Origin: Bilabrum cf. latius
Lineage: Eukaryota
NCBI GenBank assembly: GCA_965178125.1
Contig: OZ237739.1
Coordinates: forward strand, 1,364,001-1,428,000
Direction: 5' to 3'
DNA: 64,000 bases
This document shows, piece by piece, positions 1 to 12,243 of the stretch (within the stretch, counting starts at the first letter, position 1; each line of letters starts with the position of its first letter). A model generated the notes under the pieces. That model saw only the letters and a list, made by a program, of their open reading frames with translations. It did not search any database and was not told the DNA's origin. The position numbers and the translations under genes were made by a program.

Positions 1-2821
1 GCACCAGAATCAGCACGCCCAGCCAGCAGGAGCCCCCTGCCGCGAAGTACTTCCCGACTGTACTGCACGACACGCTGCCTTCTTTCCTGTCCTCTTCTGA
101 GGTGAGCGTCCCGCTCGCTGGCTTACCAGTAGCCGCCGGCTTCTCGTCAGCCGACGGAGCGGCGGCCGCCTGGAGAACATCACTCTGACTGGAGCCTGCG
201 GCAGAGGCGCCACCGTTGCTACTGGGCTGCGCGGACCCGCCCTGCCCGGCAATCTTGCTGGCCTCCTGGATGCCGACATCCACGTCGCTGGCTGCAGCTG
301 TCGCCTGGGACGCGGCCGCCCCAACGTTCGCCTGCTGGTTGCCCGCCGCCGAGCTTTGCGCGTCATCTTCGCCGTCTTGCTTGCCGCTTGCCTCGTTCGG
401 ACCATTGGTCTAGGCTTCCGATGCGGGTGGCGACGGAGAGGGCGAGGGCGACACGGAGCAGCCGTACATGCCCATGTCGACCCCCGCATCGCATAGCTGG
501 GCAAAGCTGCCCGTGTGCTGCACCTCGCCCTGGGCCAGTATCACCACCTGGTCGCACTGGGGCAACCACTGGACCTGGTGGGTGACCAGCAGCACGGTCT
601 TGCCCTGCTGCCGAAGCATCCCGTCGATGCACTGCTCCCACAGGTGCCGCCCCACGTGAGTGTCCACGGCGCTCAGGGGATCGTCCAGCAGCACAACGTC
701 TGCGTTTGCGTACACCGCCCTGGCCAGCGTGATGCGTGCCTTTTGTCCCCCAGATGCGTTGAACCCCCTGGCGCCCAGCTCTGTCTGGTCCCCGTTCGGA
801 AACATGGCCAAGTCGCTCTCGAGCGCGCAAGCCCGCACCACCTCCCGATACCTCTTCTCATCGAACTAGCTGCCAAACAGGATGTTGTCTCGAACAGAGG
901 CATTGAAGATCCACGCCTCCTGCGCGACGTACGACACGCTGCCGCGAAGGCCCGAGCTCCCGCCCAGCTTCACCATGCGGCCCAGCAGGGCACCCAGCAG
1001 GCTGCTCTTGCCCGAGCCTACCGGCCCAGCAATGCCCACCACGGACCCCTTCGGCACCTCCAGTGACACGTCTCGCAAATGGAAGCCGCCGCCCGCACCG
1101 GTGCCGCTCTTGTCCACTGGCTGTATCACCTTACCACTGGCCGTCTTATCGGGAGCTTCGGTGCTATCGCCACCCTTGGTGGTCTGCTTGCTCTGGCCGC
1201 CTGCCGCCTTACCGCCCCCTCTGCCTGCGTTGGGTCCCGGTGACGGAGCGCCTCTTCTCTGCAGCACCTGCGCAAGCGCTTGTTCCCTGTCCCTGTCTTC
1301 CTGCCGGTACCAGGCAAAGGTGGCGCCATGCAGCCGCACGGCCACGGGTCTGGCCTCCGCATCCGCATCGGCATCCGCTGCACTGGCACTCTTGTCTCCA
1401 GCTGAGGGCGCTGCAAATCGCCCATTGGTTGGGTGTGACCCGTCTCCGTTCAGCTCAGCTACGGCCTCATCGTCCGCATCTGTCGACCCGGGCGCGTCCG
1501 CCAAGGCCACCGCGGTGCTGGAGCTAGCCGATCCGCTATGTGATGGCTTGTTCGCGCTGGGCGAGTTGGTTGGCTCGTCTTCAAGTCGGTCAGGCATGTC
1601 CCCGCGGGAAGCTTCTGGCAGCAGCAAGAAGGCCTGTGCCCTTTCAACGCCCACGATCGCCTCGCTGACGAAGCGCAGGCCCAGGGGTCCAACCGTGACT
1701 GGGAACCGCAGCACGTTGAACAGAGCCAGCACGCTCCACGCGGCATCCGCCCTGAGGGGCTCCCCCAGCACCAGGGAGTGGAAGAGGAACGTGACCAGGC
1801 CAACGATGAGGCTGGAGGTGAAGCCCAAACCGGAAGAACACGCCCGGATCCACGCGGCCGTCCGCAGGTGCGCCACTTCCTCCCCCCTGATGTGCGCCAC
1901 CCTCGCAGCGAAAGGGGCCTCCCAGGCCATCTGCTTGACCAGGCGGATCCCGCGCAGCACCTCGGTCATGAGACGGACCCTCTGGTCGGTCAGACGGACG
2001 GCCTGCCTCCGCACCCCCGCAAACAGCCGGCCCAGGTATGCCTGCACGAGCACGAGCACGATCATCACGGCGAAACCAACCAGCACGGCGGGGCCCAGGA
2101 TCCACCACTGCAGGGCCATGATGACGACGATGGCGACTGGGCCGGAGATCAGGAACTCGCCGTATGTGCACGCTTCCAAGAGCCTCTGCAAGTCGGTGCT
2201 CGCGAGATTCACGAGCTTGGCTGCGCTGAAGCGCACCGCCCGCAGCTTAAGCGCCTTCGAGTACAGCATCGCGCGGAAGGCGGCGCGGAGCCTGATGCCG
2301 GTAAGAGTGGCCACAAACCAGTGCCTGTTCACAAAATAGGACCTCCCCGTCTCGCTCACCAAGAACCCGCAGACCAGGAGCAAGCCGGTCGACAGTGACG
2401 TGTCGATCCCATCGCCGGAGCCCTCGACGTACTGTATGACCCAACGAAGCAAGAAAGCGTTCCCTAGAATGGCAAAAGAGAGCCATCCCATCTTCCACGA
2501 GAATACCTGGACGAACCGCCAGAATACGAACGTGAACACGCTCCCAAGGAGCGACGGCTTTCTGTTTTCCCGCTCAGCATCGCGCTGTTCCTTCTCCCAG
2601 ATCTCGCTGAGCTACGTGTGATTCGTGGCGGCACAGTCTACTTTCCTTACATCTGGTAAATCTTCGGGCTATAGGGTGCGCTCGTAGCCGGTTTGAATGA
2701 GCGGCGAGAGCCAGAGGAAGAGCGTTTCAGCGCACCACGAGGATTCAATGAACGACCGGTTGCCAGTCGGTTGCGTCGGATTGTGCTTCTTTGGCGCCTT
2801 TGCTACTGTCTGATTCGACAT
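1..2821 (-). CDS. ABCC/MRP-family ABC transporter (TMD1, NBD1 and linker; 3' part runs off the window)
   Basis: ATG at 2821 (MSNQTV). One frame through TAGs at 2669, 2612, 866 and 410. FLWLSPLIQTG, a TM domain, Walker A GPVGSGKSS, YVAQEAWIFNASVRDNILFG, signature ASGGQKARI, Walker B LLDDPLSAVD, and the MRP linker EEDRKEGSV...KYF near base 100. Confidence 0.93.
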
Positions 2822-2992
2822 GTGGTGCTTTATGTCTGCCTGCAAACGGTGCCCTGGTGTACCGCCAGGCCTTGGGCTACGATTTCTCCCTTTTTCCTTG
2901 CTCGGTATATCCGGAAGTGCTTCAAGCTTGGCCGGAGCAACAGCAGCTGCCCCAAGTCCGCAGCGCGCCCAAAAACGCACAAAGCACCGACA

Positions 2993-5900
2993 TCACACCG
3001 CGCCTCCAATGGCCCTCACAAATGCATCGACATTCGGCACCGTCACGACGGCCCCCGCCCTCTTCATGTGGTCCAAGTAGGCCTCCCAGTCGGGGCTGCT
3101 CCTCAGCGTGCGTGCGCTCCCCACCACCCAGCAGCAGTAGCGCGCCCTCGTCAGCGCAACATTCATACGCCGAACGTCGCGCACGAACCCGATGGTGGCG
3201 ACTCGCCGCGCCCTCGCGCCCCCACCAGCAGCAGCAGCAGAAGGGGCAGCACCCGCGGCACCGGACCTGCCTCCATCCCCACTTGCCAAAGCACCGGAAC
3301 CTACTCCCTTGCCGATCGCACTCGTCACACCCTTCTATGCAGCAGCAGCAGCAGCAGCAGCAGTGGTGGCGCCCACTGCAGCGGCCGGAAGGGGCAGCAG
3401 AGCAGCTCCGGGGGCATGTCCCAGCAGCGAGGACGGGCCAGCCGACGAGGACGACGACGACGACGAGGAGGAGGAGGACGAGAAGGAGGAGGAGGATGAA
3501 GAAGAGTCGGCGGCAGCAGCAGCTGACTTGACCCCAGTGCCCGCTGCCGCAGTCCCGCTAGAAGCACCGCCCACCTTCCCGTCCCCTCCGCTGCCCATGT
3601 CCGCCAGGTCAACGCCCACAGGAGGCGGCTGTGCCCGCACGGTGGACAGCACCACCACGTCCCTCTCCTGCCCCTGGGCCCCGTCCACCGTGCTGGCGTC
3701 CACACGGCAGGGCGCCAGGGGACGGTCCGGGAACGGCTGGGTCAGCGGGTCCACTGGCTTGGAGAGACCCCCATCGGACCCCTGGGGTACGGGTGCGCCG
3801 GATGTCCCCTTGAAGGGGTCGTAACCCCCGGAGGCGGGGCTGCCCTCCTGTGTGGCAGCCCGGGCGGCCCTCTCCGCGGAGGCGTTGGCCAGCCGCACCG
3901 CAGTGCCGTGCATCTCTCTAAGCAGGGCCAGCTGCTTCTGGTACGGTGTCAGCAGGAATACGCTCCCCTTGAAGTCGTGCACCGCCCCTGTGGGTGCCTT
4001 GCCCCTCCATCGCCGCAGCGCAGTGACCAGGCCCACGGCGAGGCGCGCCTCGGCAGGGTTGGCGTGAGACCTGCCCTCCAGCAGCCCGGGCGTACTCGCG
4101 GAGAACTCGGGCTGCGCGCCGGGCACGCGTGTCGGTTCCGCAGCGCGCGCGGCGCCGCCGTGCCCCTTCTCCCCCCCTTCCAGCACGTCGAAGAACACCG
4201 TCGGCCTGAAGTGGGACAGGGCGTGCAGAGCCACCGCCCTGGCAGCCCCTTGCACCGACACCGCGTCCCTGACCCTGCCACCGTAGAAATGGGTCGATGG
4301 AAAGGCGGAAATGGCAGGGTGCGAGCGGTACTGCGTGTCGAGAAGGTGCACCGGGTGCCCGCCCGCCTGCAGCCTCGCGAATAGGCTGCGGCTGAGGCCC
4401 CTGGCGGCGGCGAGGGGCGACAGGATGGTGGCAGGCAGCTGCTTGGGGTCCCCCACCAGGACGCACCGCGTGGCGCCCTCCCGCAGTGGGATCAGCGTGG
4501 CCGATTCGGTCGCCTGTCCTGCCTCGTCGATGACAACAGAGGCGAACCGCCGGCCCCGCTCCCTGCGGAACTGCTCCAGGGCTTCCACAGCGGAGGAAGA
4601 CAGCGTGGTGAACACGATCTCGCAGGCGTCCAGCAGAGCCATCCGGAGATTGTCCCTTATCTCGCCGTGGCGCATCCGGGTGGCACCACCCCCGCCACCA
4701 AGCGCGTGCCTCGCGCCTTGCCTGGCCGCCATCGAGGCAGCGTTCCTGTCCGCCGCCAGCCTCGCCCACGCGAATGCCTCTCCCTTGCAGCTGTGCAGGT
4801 GGTACGCCTCGAGGCACGCGATCAACCGGCCGGCAATCTCGGGATGCACCACGGCCTGCTGATTTCCGCCAGCCGCAGATGCTTTGCCGCTTATGCCGGA
4901 CGGTGCCGCGGGTGCTTTGTCCGCAAGCAAGCGGTGGTGCCTGCGGATCCGCTCCAACTCAGCGGCGGCTTCTGCCATCCCTCGCTTGGCGTGCTCCAGA
5001 CCAGCATGCGCGCGCACCGCGTCGAGGCATAGGTACCCCTGGAGCTGGGACTCCAACGACACGCCCAGCCGCTCCACGGCGGGGCCCACGCCTGTCCCCA
5101 CTCGCACGATGGGCGGGCTGAACGGTCGCAGGGTCCCATCCAGCATGGCCCCAGGTTTGGCCACCCGCTCGACCAGATTGTCCACCGCTGCGTTCGAGGG
5201 CGCGGCCACGAGCAGCCTGGGTCTCAGCTCCAGAGCGTCCCTCACCTGCTCGAGATAGTCGGCGGGCCTCAGCTCCGTGCTCAGCAGCCAGCGCGCCAGG
5301 CCGTGCACGCCGCGGATCGCTGCTGCGGAAGTCGTGTGCCTCTTCCGGCTCAAGAAAGCGTTGATCGAGTCCCCGTCTTGGCCCCCGACCGCGTGGCCTG
5401 CCTGTCGCAGCGCCGACTGCATCGTCGTTTCGAACACGGTCGGCTTGGAGGCGCGCTTGCTCTTACGCTGAATGCTCATGGCTAGCCCTGCAGCGTTGGG
5501 ATGACCGCGCTCGGAGCTTGTCTTCGCCCGCTTGGGTGCCGGTGCACCCGTCGCAGGCTTGGCTTCCCTCCTTTTGGGTCCTGGCTGGACGTCAGTGTCC
5601 CCGTCATTCTGCGGAGAGTCGCGCTCTGGGCTGGGGCTGCGGGGCCGCTTCTGGCCCACCTCACCCGCCCCAAGGGAGCCTGCATGCTCGTCGTCCTCCT
5701 CATCCTGGTCCAGCCCGGGCGGCATGTCTGGATCCATGTCTTCTGGTGGTTCGTCCTCGGGCGAGGGCGGCGGCTCGTGCTCGCCTGTCGAGCTGCTGGA
5801 CGCCGTCCCCGACGCCACGCTTTGCCCCAGAGCGGCCTACCCTTCGGGAGCGGGCCCCAGGATGCCCAAGCTCGCCGGCTCTGGTGCTTGGCCTGCGCCA

Positions 5901-7831
5901 GCACCTCCGGTATGGGAAGCATCCCCGTGGCCCAATGTCCCGCTCGCACTTCCAGACCCCGTGGAAACGTCTGCACCCGTGCCAGTGCCCGACCCAGCCT
6001 GCCTGGCATGCTCCCCTGCCTGCAGAGCCGCCTTGTCCTCTTTTTGCAAGGCCTCCTTGCCGCGCAACAAGGATTCGTGATACCCCGCCACCGCGCTCAG
6101 GTGCAGTGCATTGAGCAGCTGCAGCACCGCCGTCGACTTGCCCGTCCCTGGCGGGCCCTGCACCAGGGTGAAGCCCCTCCGCGTGGCGGCCCCCACCACG
6201 GCGTGCATCTGTGAGGGGTTCAGACGACCTTCGAGGTGATGCATGAAGGCGGGAGACAGTCTCAGCACGTCGTGCGTCTGCTTCACCGCTGCCTGCACCA
6301 GTCCGTTTGTGCGGTCACAGAACGTGGCGTAATCTTTGGCCCTGGCTTGCCGAGCGGTGTCGCCGTCGCAACCGCCTCCGCTGGTGCTGCTGCTGCTGCT
6401 CTGGCCCCGCTTGGCATCCTACACGATGGAATGCATGAGACTATCCGCTGGCAGCCCGCGCATGAGCGGCACCCGGAGGCAAGGGTGCAGCGAGGCCGCG
6501 CCAACGGCCGCTGCCAGCTCCCTTAGCGCCGTGACCGAGTGTCCAAGCGGCCACGCAAAAAGCACCGGCCTGTCTTTCTCATCCCTGTGCACCTGCCGCC
6601 CCCTCCACAGCCCCATGAAAGCGTCTGCCTCCTCGTCCTCCTCCCCCTCCTCCTGCTCCCATCCGTCCGACTCGGCCGGCAGCTGCACCCGCGCCCGCCT
6701 GTCCCCATCCACCACAACCTCGTGCAACCGGTCCGAGTCCACGAGCACACGGGCCGCTCCAGAGTACACCCCCCCTCGCACCATGGCCACGCAGTGCGGG
6801 AAGGGCGGGGCCCCCAGTTCCCTGCGTAGCTCTGACACGTCCGCGCTGGTCGCTGGCCCGCGGCTGAACGGATCCGAGCTGGACCCTGCGCCTGGCGCCC
6901 GATTCGCCAGCCGTCTCCTGCGGCGGGAGCGCGCCTGCTCCCAGCAATCCATAGGCGAGAGCTGCGCGCCAGTGGTGGTGCTGCTGCTACTGGCGGCACC
7001 GCTAGTACCCTGGCCGTCCGCCGCGCCCGATGTCAACCCGGAGCCAAATATCCTCCGGTCGGCGTTCTCGTGCTAGCCCAGCTCCTGCCACAGCCCCGCG
7101 CTCGAGCTTGAGCTCGATCCGGCGACCGTCGCGCCGGCGGACCGGCCCTCGCTGCGGCCCGTTACTGCGGCCTGGTGCTAGATCCACTGAGCGCATCGAG
7201 AATCCGCGCTCAGCAGCACGAGGTGAGAGTCGCCCAGCCGGGAGCGCCACGCGCCACCCGGAGCAGCTGCTTGCGGGGGCCATCGGAGATGGGAGGGGAG
7301 TTCCTCGGTGGCAGTGGAGGTCGATGCTCTTGATTTAGAAGACAACTCCTGGGATTTTCCGGTCGACGATACCACGCGGCTGCCTGGGGCGGACTTTGGG
7401 AGTGAGCGTGCTGCGACTCGCTTGGGCTTCTTCGGCCGGATCGCTACCGGTGCTCGTAGCTCTCCAGTGGCAATGCAGCCCCTCATGAGGTCTGAACTAG
7501 CATCTTGTTTCTCGTTCTTTAGCACTCTTGTCGTAACTGGATGGTATACCACAGGTAGGCCGGCAATTGGCCACGGTGCAGAAGGATGCTCGCCTGGCTT
7601 TGACCGCCTTGATTTCCCTTTTATGTGGGATTCCAGCTCCCCCCGAGCTCCTTCGCTTGCTTCATCGATAATGAGAGGCACGGTCCCCTTTAAGTACTGT
7701 GTTGTGGTTGTGTAGGATTCACTTGTGTGGGGCAGCGACGCGGAGTAGGCTTGCTGGGCCACTTCGCATGTATGCGCCAGACTAGGTAGCCGGAGCAAGA
7801 GAAGAAGGGCCTTATCTAGGTCCAGGCTCAT
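2993..7831 (-). CDS. SEN1/senataxin/Upf1-like SF1 RNA/DNA helicase
   Basis: One frame via TAGs at 7178, 7073, 6419, 5837 and 3335, ending at TGA 2993. Motifs LNPSQ, QGPPGTGKS, APSNAAVD, VIDEAGQ, LVGDPKQL, QYRSHP, TVDGAQGQE, RRMNVALTRAR. The start codon is less certain. Confidence 0.88.
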
Positions 7832-7986
7832 ACGTTCAGGTGCTAGCGCGTGCGCTTTGCCGGAAAAGGTGGTCTACGCAGTTTGCAAATCCGGAGCCGG
7901 CGAATGGGGCCCTGCAACCCCCACAAAACATTCATTCTCTTGATTCGCGCGTTATATTTAGATTATAATACTCTCCATTGATCGGT

Positions 7987-9338
7987 ATGTCGGGCGTGCC
8001 AGAATTTGATCTGAGTAAGGCAACACAGCCCACCATTCTGCGCTGGCACCAGGGCTGTTGGGCATCGCGATAATCTTTGTGTTATGGTGCTTCATGAATC
8101 GCAGAGAAACCACAGTACGACCAGTCAAGGTATTTAGGTCGCGTGAAGCAGTTTTTCTAGATTACAGATCCGCTGTAAGTTGGCGAGTTGACAGTGTTCG
8201 CATCGAGAGGCAGAAGATGCAGGCAACAAATCCAGCAGCAACGTATTCCTCAATGCATTCCTTGCGCAGGTCGCTGCTCAACTCAGATTCAGATCTGGCA
8301 AAGGCTCGGGCGGACTTGGCTACGTTCGAGGGGCACCAAGCACTTCGCGCTAAGGATTCCTCGTTGCCTCGCCTGCCGCCATCGTACACTGACGAGAAAC
8401 TATGGAACGCACGGCGAATCGTTGAGTCAATGTGCCACAGCGATGACGGGCATGTCATCCATCCGTTGCTCCGCATGAGCGCATTTCTTCCCGTGAATCT
8501 TCCGATCACGCTGGGGATGACAGTGTTCGGGACGACCACGGCGAGCCAGCTCTTCTGGCAGTGGATGAACCAGAGCTACAATGCGGGCCTGAACTACGGG
8601 AACCGAAACCTGTCAGCTGAAGTATCCATGATGGACCTGGGGAAGAGCTACGTCACAGCGACGGCCGTGGCGTGCTCTACCGCATACGGGATGGGCAAGC
8701 TGGCCCAGGCAGCCGAGAGGAGCCCTTCCCTCCCCGCCTTGCTGCGGTTCGCGCTCCCCAAGTTCGTCCCGTTCGTGGCGGTTGCAACTGCAGGGGCCTG
8801 CAACGCCATCGCGATGCGCTACAAGGAGATCGTGGACGGTATCACGGTGCAAGACGAGGACGGCAACGACCTGGGGCAGAGCCAGGTGGCGGGCAAGAAG
8901 GCCATCTTCGAGGTGGCCCTCACTCGGGTGGCCCTCCCCGTCCCCATCATCCTAGTGCCCCCGCTACTGTCGGCGGGTCTCAAGGCATCGGTCCCCGGCC
9001 TGGGGGGTGCCCTGAAGAGGAGCAGGGGGCTGTCACTGGCGCTGGACATCGGGCTGAGCACCTGCTGCCTCTACTTTGCGCTGCCCTGCGCCATCGCTCT
9101 TTTCCCTCAGCAGAGCTCCATTCCGATCGCCGACTTGGAGCCCAGCATCCAGAGGAAGTACGCGGAATTGCACCCAACCGCGGCGGCAAAATTGGCAGCA
9201 GTCCCTGCCATCGCAGCGGCTGCGGGCGGAGGCAGCCCTGCGGGGGCAGCCGGCGGCTCTGGGGCCGAGGATATCATGGTGGGCAGGGATGGGGCCCAGG
9301 GGTCTGCTCCCATGGCCACGTACAACAAAGGACTATGA
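7987..9338 (+). CDS. SFXN: Sideroflexin (mitochondrial tricarboxylate/serine carrier)
   Basis: Exons 7987-8014, 8105-8174, 8270-9338 with GT-AG introns. PQYDQSRYLGR..FF(TAG 8158)ITDP, FWQWMNQSYNA..NYGNRN, PFVAVA, YNKGL, then TGA. Confidence 0.93.
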
Positions 9339-9519
9339 GTTCTCTTGAGCGTAACTTTTTGTCATGCCTGTCAAAATGAGCTCGGCAGGACGAGTGCTTT
9401 ATGTGTGCGTGGCAACAGCGGGGCGTGCCGCCAACCTCCATGTGTCGAATTGTGGTTGGGACTGGCCTTGCTCGGTTGCCTTGCACGATACTATTTCACC
9501 TCCAGAGTCACTTTTTCAT

Positions 9520-11997
9520 TCACGTTGCACCTTTAGCCCTGGCCTCTTGCAACCGTTGCTGCCTCTGATTGAGCCTTGCCACGTAGCTGAGCTGGGCCTT
9601 CTCCCCAACCCTGGCAGATGCGGGAGTGGCAGAAGCAGCCGCGCTCGAGAGGTGCACCACGGTGGACACCCCCGACATATCACGAAGCGCTGCCGGCTTG
9701 ACGACATTCTCTAGTTGTTCGCCCGTACCCCTGCCTTTCGCAGCGCCGTCTTCGCTAGCCTTCGACTCGTGCTTGGGACCCGTGTCGCGCTTTCCGCCGC
9801 CCCTCGTCTTGCCGCCCCCCTCTAGAGCACGACCGCCTCCACCAGGATTCTTGCCGCCACCCTGCCTCGCTTTCTACGTTCGCCCACCCATCTGCTTCGA
9901 GGGCCGCCGCCCAACAATACCAGCGCGCGCATCACCGCCTGCCCGAGCATCCGCACGAGACGCCGAGGTACCGGAAGAGCTGGACGAAGCTAAAGCACTT
10001 GCACCGGCTGCGACAATACCAGGACCTTCCGTCCTCGATGACACGTGGAACTCATTGGGCTTGCCGGGCGACTGCTGCTGCATCGGGGCGGCCCCGCTGG
10101 CCTTGGCCTCTTCCATCTGCTGCTTGCGCTTCCGCTGGAGCGCAAGCCTCTCCTTGAGGCTGAGCTTGGACTCGTCGATGGGCCCGTCAGGCAGTGGGCT
10201 GCTACTGCCTCTGCTCGAGAGGTGCACCACCGTAGAGACCTTGGACAGGTCCCGGATATCCGCCGGCTGAGCCACCTCTGCGTCAGCTGCGTCACCGCCT
10301 GACTTGCCGCTCTTGCCGCCGCCCTTGCTCTTGGAGCCGTGGTGCTTTCCATCCTTGGCTCCTGCCCTGCTCCCAAGACTGTCCCCAGACTGGATCCGAG
10401 GCCGTCTTCCGCCGTGCCCGGACCCCTTGCTGTGATGCGATCCCGCCCTGCTCCTGCCCCCATGGTGGGAGGGCTTCCCCTCGGCGAGCTCCACCATGAG
10501 GGCAGGGCCTGAGGCCCCCTCCCCCCTGCCCTTGCCCGTGCTGCCGCGCCTGCCGCCCCTGTCCCTGCCACCATCACCTCTACGGTCAACTGGACGGTCG
10601 GACCCGCCGGGATGACGGCCTGTTCCCCTGCCACGGCCCCTGCCGATGCTCCCGCCGAGTCCACCACCCGCCGCACCTGCCCTGACGGAAGCAACCCGCG
10701 GGGCCATCGTGCCTCCTTTCTTCCAGCGGCCGCTGGCGAGACCCACCGGCTAGCTCGACACAGCCTTGGCCGCTGCTGCTAGCAGAGGATCTGGACGGCT
10801 GCTGCCGCCGCCATGACTATGGCCGTGACCGTGTGCGGGGAGGTCTCGCACCTAGCCCCCGCCCTTGCCCCTGCCCCTGCCCCTGCCCCCGCCGCCCCTG
10901 CCCCTACCGCCCTCCCGACCCTTGCCCCCACCTTGGCGGTCCTAGCCCCTGCGGCGGTTGCCATGATCGTCGCGGGACTGCCGATGCGGGACACGCTGGT
11001 GACTTCGGGTGCTGCCGTGGCCCTCTTCGTCCCCATCGTCGCCCTCATCGTCGTCACGCATGGGCGCGTGGGAAGCCGCCGGCCCAGGGTCTGCCCCACG
11101 CGCCGGTCCGCCGGCTCCTGCTGGAGCGCTCGAAGCTGGGCGCCAGGCCGCGCCATCTGGCCTGTCGGTCGGACCAACGTCTAGCTCGTGATCGCTGTCA
11201 GCGTCTTCCATGGGTGAGGACCCCTCGCCACCGTGAGCCGCCGCCTGCTCGTGCTCGCCTTCGTCAAACGAGTCGCCGTCCTCGTCCTCGTCCTCGTCCT
11301 CGTCTGAATCACTGCGATCCCATACGCCATCCGCACCCATTCCGACGCCATCAAAGTCATCAGCTAGCCAATCAATGTTTTCCGGGTCGTCAAACTGTTG
11401 CGGCAGTTTGCGCTTTGGCTCTGGCTGCATCGGCGACGCCCGGGCCATGCCTGCCTCGGAACTCTCTGCGCCATCGTCTTCGCTGCCGTTGCCGGTACCA
11501 AAGGCTTCAGGATGCGCTTCTCCCGATCGTACAGCTCTTTCGATCCCCTCAGGAGCTGGGATGCACTTTTTGCCAATGAAAGAAAACGGGATGACGGTCT
11601 GCTTCACCCACTCCTCGCCGTACATGGTGTAGTGATCCCGAAACATGTCGTTCGACAAAACAAATGCAGGCTAGTGATCTTTTGCGTAGGTTAGCATAAA
11701 GTGGTCATCGTGCGCTTGACTTGGAACTATCACAACGACTTCTTCCTTTTTCAGCTTCTCGAGGAGATCTGACGCAACGTACTTTTCGAAATACCGAGGC
11801 AAAATGGCAAAGGATTTGTGATTCTGGGAACGCAGGCTCTTGACTGCCGCTTCAACTGCACCTAGGTTTGGTTTCTCCTTAGACCCCTCCCCTACCGCTA
11901 CATTCGGCCCGTCAACTACAACCAGAGCTCGGTACTCCTCCGTCCCGCCCATTACAATATCAGTTTGCTCAGCATCATTTTCTGCTACTCCTGCCAT
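9520..11997 (-). CDS. NYN/PIN (Zc3h12a/Regnase-like) ribonuclease domain protein with long low-complexity C-terminus
   Basis: VVVDGPNVA, HDDHF and VLSNDMFRD acidic catalytic motifs. One frame via TAGs at 11671, 10942, 10852, 10750 and 9874, ending at TGA 9520. Confidence 0.82.
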
Positions 11998-12243
11998 CGC
12001 AGAGTTTCTTGTTTCACGAGCTTACACAACGCAATTATTAAACTATGGTGTGGTTTGACACCTGGCACCGAGAACGGCTTGTTCTGCCAGAGGGATGTGA
12101 CCAGTGCGGTGGGAACGAACAACAGATGTTTGCAAGATGATGAGTTGTTTTGCGATTGAAAGTTGCGGATTTAGCGCCGAAGGCCACAGACGAATCTTGC
12201 GGAGCAGGACAAGGCAACACGAGCAACTCCCTCCGCATCCCAA

